A stretch of DNA of 64,000 nucleotides, from NCBI GenBank assembly GCA_963789265.1, contig CAWBKB010000005.1:288001-352000 (forward strand). The letters are read 5' to 3'. Source of the DNA: an uncultured delta proteobacterium. Its GTDB lineage: Bacteria > Desulfobacterota > Desulfomonilia > Desulfomonilales > Desulfomonilaceae. The notes under the pieces are model-generated. The model was not told the origin of the DNA, made no database searches, and saw only the letters and a program-made list of their open reading frames with translations. The position numbers and the translations under genes were made by a program. Positions 1-10,855 of the stretch are shown here, piece by piece (within the stretch, counting starts at the first letter, position 1; each line of letters begins with the position of its first letter).

Positions 1-2
1 AG

Positions 3-356
3 GAAACGCTGCGGAATGCCCGTGACAGACTTGAAGAAAGAGTAAGAGAACGAACTGTTGAACTTTCGAAAATGAACCAAGAATTAAGAGAACAAATTGC
101 TGAACGCGAAAGGGCTGAAAAGAATTTGTCCGAAATGGTCGAGGAACTGCAAGAGGCGCTGGCAAAAGTGAAGGCATTAAGCGGGCTGTTGCCCATCTGT
201 TCGTCGTGCAAAAAGATACGCGATGATAAGGGTTACTGGACTCAGGTAGAAGTATATATCCGAAATCATTCAGAAGCTGATTTCGGCCACAGTATTTGCC
301 CTGACTCCGCGGCAAAGCTTTACCCGGATTTCTATAATGGGGGGGCTTACAAATAA
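3..356 (+). CDS. Partial signal-transduction protein (5' end outside the window): coiled coil plus C-terminal GLLPICxxCKKIRDD..HxICP domain
   Basis: Frame is open from base 3 (ETLRNARDRLEERVRERTVEL...) to TAA at 356; the tail is typical of deltaproteobacterial PAS/response-regulator proteins. Confidence 0.75.
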   Translation, partial: ETLRNARDRLEERVRERTVELSKMNQELREQIAERERAEKNLSEMVEELQEALAKVKALSGLLPICSSCKKIRDDKGYWTQVEVYIRNHSEADFGHSICPDSAAKLYPDFYNGGAYK

Positions 357-886
357 TATTCCTCGACGAATGCTTTCCAAAATGCGTGCCGGCTAGCCCC
401 CAGCGGGATACAGTGAACGAACTTACCCGCGCCGGCAGAGAAAATATGGCTTGTAACATTAGCAATGCCCCTTCCTCTCGCGGCCGCACCCTAACGTGCC
501 CATGAAGTTCGGCAGCCACGGCACTACTTTCCGTAGATTTTCAGACTGTATCCATCAAATGACCTCGGTCCGGGTGCCTCTCTAATGTCGGCCTGTCATT
601 TGGTCCTGCTCTCCCTGTCAAAGTCCCTCCAGAAGCTGCGTTCACTTATCTGAAAATACTCCGGGTTGCCCGTTGGAAAATGTAGTGACGGTCACCGGTC
701 GTGACCTTCATGGATAGACAGAAGCAGGAACAGCCGATTATTTAGTCGCTCCTCTCCACGGTCCGTGATACGGTTGTCCCGTGTACGGGTCTCGGATAGA
801 CGTCTGCCTCCAGAGCCGGTTGGTCGTTATAGAGGGCGGAACGTGTAGTCGGATCTGGAAGAAAGCACGGTCTGTGAGGGCAAATA

Positions 887-3169
887 ATGCGGGAAGTAAT
901 CTATGCGGTGTTAGTATCGGCCGTTTTTGTTCAGGGAGGAGCGGCCTTCTTGTCGTTGCGCCTGATTCCGCTTACGGGAAAAAAGCTGGCATGGCTCTCT
1001 ATCTCAACAGCTCTGCTTCTCATGTCTCTTCGCAGATCGATAGCGCTCTTTTGGTTCCCTGCGCAAGGATCGTTAAACAGCTCCTACATGTCTGAAGCCT
1101 TCATCACCCTTGCCACTTCGCTTTTGGTGCTCTTGGGAATTTACACGATTCGACCCGTGTTTCAAAGCATGCGAGACTCGAGAGACGCATTGCAACAAGA
1201 AGTCCGGGATCGCAAGCGTGCGGAAGAGGCGTTGCGGAAGAGTGAAAAGATGCTCGGAACTATTTTGGCCGCGTCGCCGGCCGCCATTACCTATGTTGAA
1301 GAAGGAATCGTCAGGTGGACGAATCCGGCTATGCTGACGATGTTCGGGTACCAAAGCTTGGCAGATTGTTTGGGAAAGAAAGCGAAAGATTTTTACCTAT
1401 CGGCGGAGGAATATGAAAGGGTTCTCGCACTCTTTAAGAAAGGCCTGCCTTCACTGACCCCCTTCGAGGATCAAGCTAGATTTCGACGGAAAGACGGCTC
1501 CCTGTTCTATGGCCACTTGAGGGTGAGTCCACTTGACGGCGTGTTCGGCAAGAAAGGCCTGATTTCCAGTATTATGGATGTCTCCGGGCAAATTAAGGCC
1601 CAAGAAGCTTTGCAGGTAAGTGAACAGCAATACAGGAGCCTCTATGAAGAGTCGAAACGTCAGCATGAGCTTTACCGTTCCCTTCTCGATTCATCTCCTG
1701 ATGCCATCGTCATCTACGATATGGAGGGAGGAACCAAGTATGTGAATGACGCGTTCACAAGAGATTTTGGATGGACCGTAGAGGACGTGAAAAATCGAAG
1801 AATCCCCTATCTTCCCGATTCTGAGAGAGAAGCCAGCATCGCTCTTCTCCAAGGCGTCATCGATAAAGGCATCCCTTGCAACGGTTTCGAGACGAAACGG
1901 TATACCAAAGACGGGCGCGTCTTGGATGTTAGTTTGAGTGCGTCCCGCTATTACGACCACGAGGGAAACCCGGGGGGGATGCTCGTTATCGTGTCCGACA
2001 TTACACACCGCAAGTTGCTCGAAGAACAGCTCCGCCAATCTGCAAAGATGGAAGCCATTGGCCAGTTGGCGGGCGGTCTGGCCCACGATTTCAATAATAT
2101 CCTCACAGCCGTGATCGGGTATGCGAACTTGATGTCAAATGATCTACCCAAAGGTCAACCAAACCGAGACAGACTACATTTGATCACCCGTGCCGCAGAA
2201 CGTGCAGCCGATCTCACCCGACAACTGCTTGCCTTCAGTCGTAAGCAGGTGCTGGACATGAAGGTAATGTACCTGGACGAGATAATGGGGGACATGGAGA
2301 GGCTCTTAAAGAGGTTGATCGGAGAGGATATCGATCTCGTCACCGATTTGAACGCGCCTGGGGGGAGAGTCCAGGCCGATCCGGTGCAGATTCAACAGAT
2401 TTTGATGAATCTGGCGGTTAACGCGCGAGACGCCATGAGTGGGGGAGGGCAGTTGACGATAGAAACAGGCAGTGCCTTCCTGGACCAGGATTATGCTCGC
2501 CTGCATCCGGAAGTGCGGCCCGGTCAATACGTGATGTTGGCCGTCAGCGACAATGGCCAGGGCATGAACTCCTCAACCCTCGCAAGAATATTCGAACCCT
2601 TTTTCACCACAAAGGAAAAAGGGGTCGGTACCGGGTTGGGCCTTGCCACGGTCTACGGTATCGTTAAGCAACATCAAGGCCATATCAATGTCTATAGCGA
2701 GCTTGGCCGTGGGACTACGTTCAAAGTCTACCTTCCTTTGGCGGAAGCGTTGCCCGACTCGCCAGCGCAGACCTCGGACCCCGGCCCGAGACCGCATGGA
2801 AAGGAGACAATCCTAGTGGTCGAGGATGAGGAGATCGTGCGTACACTTGCGTGCGAGGCGCTTGGAATACTCGGGTATGTAACTCTCCCCGCTGCCAGCC
2901 CCAGAGAGGCAATAGAGATCTCCAGCACTCACGAAGGCTCTATCCACCTCGTGCTGACCGACGTCGTTCTACCCCAAATGGACGGGCGACGTCTATTCGA
3001 TAGTCTGTCCTCCAAACGACCCGATCTCAAAGTTCTCTATGTATCGGGGTACACGGAGAACTTTATCGTTCATCACGGCGTTCTCGACAACGGACTGAAC
3101 TTCATGGCTAAACCGTTCAATATTGATGACTTGGCAAGGAAAGTCCGTCAGATACTCGATGCTAGTTGA
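887..3169 (+). CDS. Membrane-bound PAS-PAS hybrid histidine kinase with receiver domain
   Basis: N-terminal TM helices, two PAS repeats, H-box AHDFNN, N-box NLAVNARDAM, G-boxes DNGQGM and GTGLGL, receiver VEDE..TDVVLP..KP. Confidence 0.95.
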   Translation: MREVIYAVLVSAVFVQGGAAFLSLRLIPLTGKKLAWLSISTALLLMSLRRSIALFWFPAQGSLNSSYMSEAFITLATSLLVLLGIYTIRPVFQSMRDSRDALQQEVRDRKRAEEALRKSEKMLGTILAASPAAITYVEEGIVRWTNPAMLTMFGYQSLADCLGKKAKDFYLSAEEYERVLALFKKGLPSLTPFEDQARFRRKDGSLFYGHLRVSPLDGVFGKKGLISSIMDVSGQIKAQEALQVSEQQYRSLYEESKRQHELYRSLLDSSPDAIVIYDMEGGTKYVNDAFTRDFGWTVEDVKNRRIPYLPDSEREASIALLQGVIDKGIPCNGFETKRYTKDGRVLDVSLSASRYYDHEGNPGGMLVIVSDITHRKLLEEQLRQSAKMEAIGQLAGGLAHDFNNILTAVIGYANLMSNDLPKGQPNRDRLHLITRAAERAADLTRQLLAFSRKQVLDMKVMYLDEIMGDMERLLKRLIGEDIDLVTDLNAPGGRVQADPVQIQQILMNLAVNARDAMSGGGQLTIETGSAFLDQDYARLHPEVRPGQYVMLAVSDNGQGMNSSTLARIFEPFFTTKEKGVGTGLGLATVYGIVKQHQGHINVYSELGRGTTFKVYLPLAEALPDSPAQTSDPGPRPHGKETILVVEDEEIVRTLACEALGILGYVTLPAASPREAIEISSTHEGSIHLVLTDVVLPQMDGRRLFDSLSSKRPDLKVLYVSGYTENFIVHHGVLDNGLNFMAKPFNIDDLARKVRQILDAS

Positions 3170-3300
3170 GGATACCGAGGCGTTTTCGGCCAATCCAGAG
3201 ATGCCAACTCCGGAAGGACTCAACCTTATACCCGGCTTGCGACCTTATACCAATGCGTTGTCGCAAAGGCCAAAACGGCTGACCTTTACGTCTCATTGCT

Positions 3301-4962
3301 TCATTTCTCATCAGCAAATTGGTTCTTGTACGTCATACGCATTTCCCTCTTCAGTATCTTGCCCGTGGGGGTCTTGGGGAGCGCGGTCAGAAAGATCACG
3401 CTTTTTGGACACTTAAATGGGGCAAGTTCTCTCCTGCAAAGGTCCATGATTTCCTGCTCCTTGATAGTCTCTCCCTGCTTAGGAACAACAACTGCCGTGA
3501 CGGCCTCGACCCACTTCGGGTGTGGTAAGCCTACGACGGCAACCTCTTGAACTCGCCTGTCGAGATAGATTGCTTCCTCTACCTCCCGTGTGGCAACGTT
3601 TTCTCCACCGGTCTTCACCATGTCTTTCTTTCTATCAACGACAGCGATGTAACGATCTTCATCCATTGCTCCGATATCCCCGGAATGGAACCAGCCACCC
3701 TTCATGGCCTCTTCGGTCTTGTCCGGATCTTTGTAGTACATAATCATCACGTGCGGTCCTCTGCCGCAGATCTCGCCCGGGACACCAGGTTGATAAATCG
3801 GCTTGCCTTGCTCGTCTTCGAGTCTGGTTTCCATGTTTAATCCGCCCATTCCGGCTGATCCTAGTTTGGTCGTGGCGTCCTTGGCCTTAAGAATAGTGTG
3901 GTACGGCGCCAGTTCAGTTTGCCCGTAGTAATTATAGATCTTAGCCCCCGGCAATCTTTCCAAGATTTCTTTCAGTATCTCGACAGGCATGATAGAGGCA
4001 CCGTAGTAGCATTTTTTGAGGCTCGACAGATCGTACTTTCCAAAATCAGGGTGTCTGAGAATCCCTATCCACACCGTCGGAGGCGCGAAGAACATCGTCG
4101 CTTTGTAATCTTCAATGTTCTTCAGGACTTGTCCAATGTCAGGCCCCATCAAGACATTGGTTCCGCCTACCAGAAAAATGGGGTTCATGAAAACATCCCG
4201 CTGAGCGCAATGGTATATGGGTAAGGCATTTATGCTGACGTCGTCGCTGTCATATTGACCGTCTATGATACATCCCATGTAATGAGCCAACAGAGCCTGA
4301 TTGCTGATAATAACACCCTTAGGTAGAGACTCGGTACCGCTTGTGTAAGTCATCTGGCACGGGTCTTCGATATGGAGGATGGCGGCGGGCTCGTCCTCGG
4401 AATACTCTTTAATCCACACGTCGAAATCTCTAAAACGGTTGCTGATGGGAGGTTTCCCGACACCCTGATTGGACCAAATCAGAGTTTCCACCGTAGGTAT
4501 CTCGTCAAGAATGTCTTTCACGAGGTCATAGAGAGCATCCTCGACTATGAAAACCTTACTTTCGGAGTGATTGATACAATAGGAAATATCCTTGCCGCGG
4601 AGAAGATAGTTGATGGCCAAATATACAGCCCCGATCTTACAACACCCGATCCATGTCAGAACATGATGAATGGTGTTGTGGGCCAATATCGCCACACGGT
4701 CGTACTTGTTCACGCCTAAATCCTTCAGGGCACTGCCTACTCGGTTCGCCTCGTCTTCCATCTCACTGTAAGTGAGGCTCTTATCTTCATAGATAAGGGC
4801 CTTCCTGTCAGGGTAATGATACCGGCTTCGGCGGATCATGTCCGCTATGACCCAGCGATTGCTCCTGTTGTACCTGTTCATGAGGAATTCCAGGTTTTCT
4901 TTGTTTAGAGCGTTGAAATGCTCCATTTCTTCAGCAGTCAACGGCCTGGAGAAGTCCGACAT
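3301..4962 (-). CDS. AMP-dependent acyl-CoA synthetase
   Basis: YTSGTESLPKG, YGQTE, HSGD and KTPTGK motifs; ATG at 4962 preceded by GGAGG. Confidence 0.92.
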   Translation of the reverse strand: MSDFSRPLTAEEMEHFNALNKENLEFLMNRYNRSNRWVIADMIRRSRYHYPDRKALIYEDKSLTYSEMEDEANRVGSALKDLGVNKYDRVAILAHNTIHHVLTWIGCCKIGAVYLAINYLLRGKDISYCINHSESKVFIVEDALYDLVKDILDEIPTVETLIWSNQGVGKPPISNRFRDFDVWIKEYSEDEPAAILHIEDPCQMTYTSGTESLPKGVIISNQALLAHYMGCIIDGQYDSDDVSINALPIYHCAQRDVFMNPIFLVGGTNVLMGPDIGQVLKNIEDYKATMFFAPPTVWIGILRHPDFGKYDLSSLKKCYYGASIMPVEILKEILERLPGAKIYNYYGQTELAPYHTILKAKDATTKLGSAGMGGLNMETRLEDEQGKPIYQPGVPGEICGRGPHVMIMYYKDPDKTEEAMKGGWFHSGDIGAMDEDRYIAVVDRKKDMVKTGGENVATREVEEAIYLDRRVQEVAVVGLPHPKWVEAVTAVVVPKQGETIKEQEIMDLCRRELAPFKCPKSVIFLTALPKTPTGKILKREMRMTYKNQFADEK

Positions 4963-5324
4963 GGTTGTGCCTCCTATACCTGTTCTCCACGATAATAGAG
5001 AAATGCCTTTTTGCGTTGGTCTTGAATTCCCGGACAATCTTTTCGGCTTTATGGCGGTGGTGAGCTGAAGTGGTCCCTGCGTGTGTCGCCGCTTCGATGA
5101 GTAGGCCGCACCCGGAAGGAGGAGATCGAGAAATCTTTGAAGGCCGGGGCTCGCTTGATCTCTGCGCCTGCATTTTCGGCCGTTTCTTTTTCTTTCTTAG
5201 TAGGAATCTACAGTTCTAATGGAAAAGTTGGTTTCCGACGAGTTGCAGTCGTTACACAAAAGTGCCGCCGCTCCGATCAACAGACGGGCATGCTTCATGA
5301 AAGAGAAATCGTGGAAGACTTTGC

Positions 5325-6479
5325 TCAGAGCGAAATCAAGATGTCGCGCCCCGCGATGAGCCTCATTATCTGATTAGTTCCGGTGTATATTTGTGTGAGT
5401 TTTGCGTCCCGCATCATTCTCTCTACGGGATAATCTTTCATATAACCATAACCTCCCAAAATTTGAACAGCATCCGTGGTAACCCGCATTGCGGTATCGG
5501 AAGCCGTGTACTTGGCCATCGCTGCAAAAGTTCCAGCCCTTTCTTCTTGTCCATCATCGAATAGCCAAGCGGCCTTGTGACTGAGCAATCGTGAGAACTC
5601 CACCGCAGCAGCCATATCGGCCACCATGAACTGAATAGGAGCTAACGCCGCTATCGGCTTACCGAACTGCACTCTTTCCCGAGCATAATTGACCGCCTCA
5701 CCCAAAGCCCCCTGAGCAATACCCACAGCCTGGGACGCACAAAAAAGCCTACTCATTGCCAACGTCTTCATGAGATTGGCAAAACCCCAGCCCTCTTGGC
5801 CGATGAGATTTTCAGCTGGAATTTCCATGTCTTCAAAGAACAGCTCCGAGTTAATGGAACCTCGCATTCCCATCTTGTTTTCATTCTTGCCGTATACAAG
5901 ACCGGGAAGGCCCTTTTCCACGACAAATGCACTGATACCACCGGTTCCCTTTGTGGAATCGGTGTAAGCATACAGCACAAAAAAATCCGCCACCGATCCG
6001 TCTGTTATGAAGCATTTTTGGCCATTTACGAGATACATATCACCTTTGCGCACGGCTTTGGTTCTCATGGAGGCGAGATCGGACCCTGCGAACGGTTCTG
6101 TTGCCGCCAGAGCAGTCAACTGAGGAGATTCACCGGCAAGACGCTGCAAGTACTTCTCTTTAAGAGCTTCGCTCCCGCCATGCAATATCGGCAGCATGCC
6201 ATCGGCCTGAGCAATCAACAGCAATGCTGATGAAGCGCACACCCGTGCGATCTCTTCGAGGATCATCGAAAATAGTATGAAACTTACCTGCACTCCGCCG
6301 TACTGCGCCGGCAAGAGAGCATTCAGAACGCCGTTCTTCGCGAAGGCATCAAGTGAGTGCTGAGGAAATCCAGCCGTCTCGTCCAGTTCCGCAGCCTTCG
6401 GTGCAATCTCCTTTGAAACTATCCTGCGTACGGTTTCGAGAATCATCCGTTGTTCATCATCAAGCTCGAACAAGCGCAA
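5325..6479 (-). CDS. Acyl-CoA dehydrogenase, cyclohex-1-ene-1-carbonyl-CoA dehydrogenase-like
   Basis: ACAD motifs ATEPxAGSD, NGQKCFIT, KMGMRG and RxQFGKPI; AQADG motif, and IYTGTNQI in place of IYEGT. Confidence 0.85.
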   Translation of the reverse strand: MRLFELDDEQRMILETVRRIVSKEIAPKAAELDETAGFPQHSLDAFAKNGVLNALLPAQYGGVQVSFILFSMILEEIARVCASSALLLIAQADGMLPILHGGSEALKEKYLQRLAGESPQLTALAATEPFAGSDLASMRTKAVRKGDMYLVNGQKCFITDGSVADFFVLYAYTDSTKGTGGISAFVVEKGLPGLVYGKNENKMGMRGSINSELFFEDMEIPAENLIGQEGWGFANLMKTLAMSRLFCASQAVGIAQGALGEAVNYARERVQFGKPIAALAPIQFMVADMAAAVEFSRLLSHKAAWLFDDGQEERAGTFAAMAKYTASDTAMRVTTDAVQILGGYGYMKDYPVERMMRDAKLTQIYTGTNQIMRLIAGRDILISL

Positions 6480-6539
6480 CCTCCGGGAGCCTTAAATGGC
6501 GCGACAGCCAACCCGTGTCGCCTGGAATATCAAGTGGTT

Positions 6540-7547
6540 TCAAATCGTGAAGCCGGCCTCCACGTCGCCGCGCTCATCCTTTTCTAAGTAGTTGGTTACA
6601 TAGTCCGTGACCGCGGCCTCAAGCGTGAAAAACTCATCTTCAAACCCGGCTTTCCGTAACTTCGTTGATTGAGCGCAAGTATAATATTGATATCGCTTTT
6701 CAAGATCATCCGGCATGTCGATATATTCGATGCAAGGTTCCACGCCCAGAGCGGCAAAAATTGCGGAAGCAAGGTCGCGAAAATTCCGCGGCGAACCCGT
6801 ACCCGCGTTGAAAATACCGTTTGTCTCGCGTTTCTCTAGAAAGTGGAGCGTGATGTTCACCGCGTCCTTCACGTATATGAAATCACGGCACTGCTCGCCG
6901 TCTCTGTATTCCGGTTTATAGGATTTGAAGAGCCTCACCTTCCCGGTTTTCTTGGCCTGGAAGTAAGCCCTGATAGCCACGCTTCGCATGTCGCCTTTAT
7001 GATACTCGTTGGGGCCGAACACGTTAAAGTATTTGAGACCCACAGCATTCTGCAGAAAACTTGTTTTGAGAGCCCAAAGGTCGAAAACATGCTTCGAATA
7101 CCCGTACATGTTCAGCGGGCGCAACGATGTAAGTGACTCGTGGGCATCGGAATACCCTTGCTCACCATTTCCGTACGTGGCCGCACTGGACGCGTAAATA
7201 AAACGCAGCCCCTTTTTCCCTGCGTAACGTGACGCCAACTTGCGGGAAAACCAATAGTTGTTCTCCATGAGGTAGTCCGCGTCTTTTTCTGTAGTCGAAC
7301 TACAAGCCCCCATGTGAAATACGGCCCATACGCCTTGGTCAAACATTCCTCGCTCGAGCTTTACGAGGAAATCCTCTTTGTGCTCGTAATCGAGAAATCT
7401 TAAATCAAGCATATTTTTCCACTTGTCGGCTTTTCCAAGACGATCCACGATAAGAATGTTCTCTTCGCCGGATTCATTAAGGGCCCTAACAATGTTGCTG
7501 CCGATGAATCCTGCTCCGCCGGTGACTATGACCAAACCTTTGTTCAC
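6540..7547 (-). CDS. hldD: ADP-L-glycero-D-manno-heptose 6-epimerase
   Basis: VTGGAGFIGSN, GACSSTTE, YASSAATYG, YGYSK, YFNVFGPNEYHKG; GTG start at 7547 is inferred. Confidence 0.93.
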   Translation of the reverse strand: MNKGLVIVTGGAGFIGSNIVRALNESGEENILIVDRLGKADKWKNMLDLRFLDYEHKEDFLVKLERGMFDQGVWAVFHMGACSSTTEKDADYLMENNYWFSRKLASRYAGKKGLRFIYASSAATYGNGEQGYSDAHESLTSLRPLNMYGYSKHVFDLWALKTSFLQNAVGLKYFNVFGPNEYHKGDMRSVAIRAYFQAKKTGKVRLFKSYKPEYRDGEQCRDFIYVKDAVNITLHFLEKRETNGIFNAGTGSPRNFRDLASAIFAALGVEPCIEYIDMPDDLEKRYQYYTCAQSTKLRKAGFEDEFFTLEAAVTDYVTNYLEKDERGDVEAGFTI

Positions 7548-7797
7548 TTTCCAACTCGCCTTGTCTTCCGGAATTGAGTCTCTGGGTTTCGCTTGAAACG
7601 ATACCTTTCTATAACACATATTTCAGCTATTCTTATGCTAAGACGGGTAAAAAACGATCATGCACGCTGCTTTAATAGAGCCCACACAAAAGGTTCCCTA
7701 ACTGCTATTGTAGAACCGGATTCGAAAATTCTCTCTGTCGTCCGAATTATAGGCCACAAAAAGATATGAAAACTAGCAGAAACGGTGGAATCCTCTC

Positions 7798-8761
7798 ATG
7801 AAAGCTCTTGTCTTTGAAGGAAAGCCGGCCCTCCAGGATGTTCCGGTACCCAATCCGCTACCGGGCGAAGCCCTCGTGAAAGTCCGAATGGCAGGAATCT
7901 GCAAAACAGACATCGAGATTGTTCGAGGCTACATGAATTTTCACGGGATTCCGGGACATGAATTCGTCGGGACTGTCAAACGATCTCCCGATCCGCAGCA
8001 GGTGGGTCGCCGCGTGGTTGGGGAAATAAATGCCGGTTGCGGAGATTGCTCCTACTGCCGGAAAGGTTTGCAACGCCACTGCCCTCACAGGACCGTGCTC
8101 GGCATCCTCGGACGTGACGGCGCGATGGCCGAATATCTTACCCTTCCGACATCTAACCTGGTACCTGTGCCCCCAACGCTTTCGGATGAAAAAGCGGTCT
8201 TCACGGAACCCCTGGCTGCTGCGCTTGAAATCCTCGAACAGGTAAAGATACGGCCTGAGGACAGCGTTGCGGTGATCGGGGACGGCAGGCTGGGGCTGCT
8301 CGTCTGCATGGTGCTTCGCCTCACCGGGTGCAACTTGCTCTTGGTCGGGAAGCATCCTGAAAAACTGGAATTCTTTACGCGTATGCACGGATCGTCAATA
8401 ACTTTGGACTCGTTCAGAAGTCGCGAGGGCCGATTCGACGTGGTAGTGGAAGCTTCCGGTCACCCCTCAGGTTGGGAACTCGCGGTACGCCGGGTGAAGC
8501 CCCGGGGAATCATTGTTCTCAAGAGCACCTATCATGGAGGCTTCGATTTCAATCCGGCTCCATTGGTCATTGATGAAATCACCGTTGTGGGTTCGCGATG
8601 CGGGCAGTTCGCCGCAGCCCTGAGGCTGATGGAATCGGGTTCTGGTTGATCCCACTCTCCTGATTTCAGCTACTTTTCTCATGGATCAAGCCGAAGAAGC
8701 TTTCCGGGAGTCTCAGCGGCCCGATAATCTTAAGATTTTGCTAAAGATGGAAGAAATATGA
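7798..8761 (+). CDS. Zn-dependent alcohol/threonine dehydrogenase family protein (one +1 indel near 8641)
   Basis: GICKTD, GHEFVG, CGDCSYC..HC; removing one T at 8640-8641 continues as LVDPTLLISATF...KILLKMEEI to TGA at 8761. Confidence 0.85.
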
Positions 8762-8845
8762 TCCACAGGAATGCTCTTCAAGAAGGTGCTGATATTTTGC
8801 AGCAATTCGTTACATTGCGGGCACCAGAAAATCATGAGCCCGCAA

Positions 8846-9316
8846 TCAGGGTTGAGCGCTGCTTTGGTTGCGGTCTCTTTCATCGGGGATCAACGTTGGC
8901 ACTATGTCACATATATTGGTCGGATTCGTCGTGTCCTTTCGTTTCCACACCCTAGCCAGGCTATGGAGGCCGGCAAGTTTGCGGGAACCGTGAGCTCGGT
9001 CATCGCGAGAAGGTATGGGCTTACCGGTTACCTCGCCATAAATGGCATTTAGGATCTCCTCAAGGCTGTTAAAGACAGTTTGAACGATCACGGGGTCAAG
9101 CTTAAAATCACCTATCGGCGTGCGCCCCTTTTCCAGAGTATCCTCGGCAATATTGTAGGCTGCAACGACGCTGCGTATTATGTTATTTTTTCGGTGAATC
9201 TCGCGCCAGGCTATCCAGGAAGCGAAAAGCGAGGTCATACCGAAAAGGACGCACATGACGAAAACAATCATATTGAAATACTTAATAGTTATATCGAGCA
9301 AATTCATGTCTTCCAT
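8846..9316 (-). CDS. Hypothetical single-TM protein
   Basis: ATG at 9316 with GGAGG upstream; hydrophobic segment IVFVMCVLFGMTSLFASWIAW. Confidence 0.6.
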   Translation of the reverse strand: MEDMNLLDITIKYFNMIVFVMCVLFGMTSLFASWIAWREIHRKNNIIRSVVAAYNIAEDTLEKGRTPIGDFKLDPVIVQTVFNSLEEILNAIYGEVTGKPIPSRDDRAHGSRKLAGLHSLARVWKRKDTTNPTNICDIVPTLIPDERDRNQSSAQP

Positions 9317-9586
9317 GAAAAAGTTCCTCCGCTGGTCAAACGACGGATTCCTACGCCTCCGGTCACAGGTGATGCACACCTATCAGGAATAAAGCGCAAC
9401 GTCAAGAAAAGGCAAAGAAAAATGTGGCTTTTTTATTTTTATGATTGAATTATCGAATCTTTTTGCAGATTGGTAGGGATAGGGATTCCCGAATGTAATC
9501 GCCGATTGTTTTCCGGCTCTCCCCAAAACGACGGACCGCAACCTGGCTGTTACGGCCGCGAGCGGGCCCGTCTAATCTTGCTGCGG

Positions 9587-10727
9587 TCAGAAGATCCGGG
9601 ACGCTAGTGGCAGATTTCGGACCAGAAACGCGACAGCGAAACAAAGCGGAACGCCGATGATCGCCGCCAGGCTGAATTTGAGCAGGTGTTCCAGCTCGAT
9701 GTTGCGCAGCGCCAGGCCGAGAAACACGATGACCGGAATGTGGATGACGTAAACCGTATAGGCCTGTCGAGTCAGGAACCGTCCGAACCGTCCCTGATGG
9801 TTGAGGAAGCGACGGAAGAAGGCAATCAGTCCTGAACAAATGCCGAACGAGAAGATGGAATCCCAGAGCGCGTAGATCCCGGACTCCCAGTGTCCTCGGC
9901 CCAAGAAGTTGGCTTTGCCGCTGAGCGCAAGCGGGAGCAGTACCAGTGTTGAGCCGATCGCAAGCACACACCCCACCTTGCCCATCGAGCTCGGCATGTT
10001 GCGAAACCAGTCGCGATGGTAGGCGACGGCACCAATGATAAAGAAGCTCAGGTACTGCGGAAAATAGGCAAGGCTCGGGAAGCCGAGCACCGAATGAGCC
10101 AGTGGCAGCACAGTGCGGACAAGGTAGCTTGCTAATGCCAGTACCTAGGACCGCGGCACCTATCAGTCGATAAGGTGGCAGGGTGGAGTCGCACTTGGGC
10201 CGGAGCGGCCGGTTCTTTGTTGCCAACCGCCACGCGACGTATCCGACATCGATGATAAGCAGCATTGCCACAAACCACATCGGCCCCATGGCGATCAACT
10301 TGGGATATTGCTGCCAGGTGAACGGTGTGGTGATGTGGGTCAACTCGCGTGGCATCCGATAGACCCCGACCCACGCAATCGGGTTGAGCACAAGAGCGTA
10401 AACGACCAACGGAATGCCCAGGCGACGAAACCTTTCCACCAGAAATCGAGTCGGTCCCTTACGGTGGAACGAGCCCGGCGTGAGGTAACCTGAGAGCAGG
10501 AAGAAGAAGCCCATGAAGTGGGCCTGGTTTAGGAGCTGAAACACCACGAGCACCATTGCCGCCCGCGCATCCCGGTACGCGGGCTCCTCGTAGTAAAAGG
10601 GCATGTTAGCCGCGTACATGATGGCCAGATGGTGCAATACCACTAGTGTCGTCAAGGCCACCCTGAGGTGGTCGACGAAGAACAGACGGGTTCCTGCTTC
10701 AAGTGGCGGCGGTGGACTGGTGGCCAT
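9587..10727 (-). CDS. Acyltransferase family 3 (OpgC/MdoC-like) membrane protein (one +1 indel at 10144-10145)
   Basis: DHLR..LVVLHH, MGFFFLLSG, RRLGIP, WF and AYTVYVIH motifs spread over two ORFs that join when one base is removed. Confidence 0.85.
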
Positions 10728-10855
10728 ACGCCGTTTCCCTTACGAGTGGGATACAGGTCCGGAGCAGTACGGCCCCCTGGTAAGAGCTGACTTGAACCCC
10801 ATGTTTTGAGTCCGTAATTGAACCAGGGAAGAGGGGATCTCAATTCAGATGGTGG

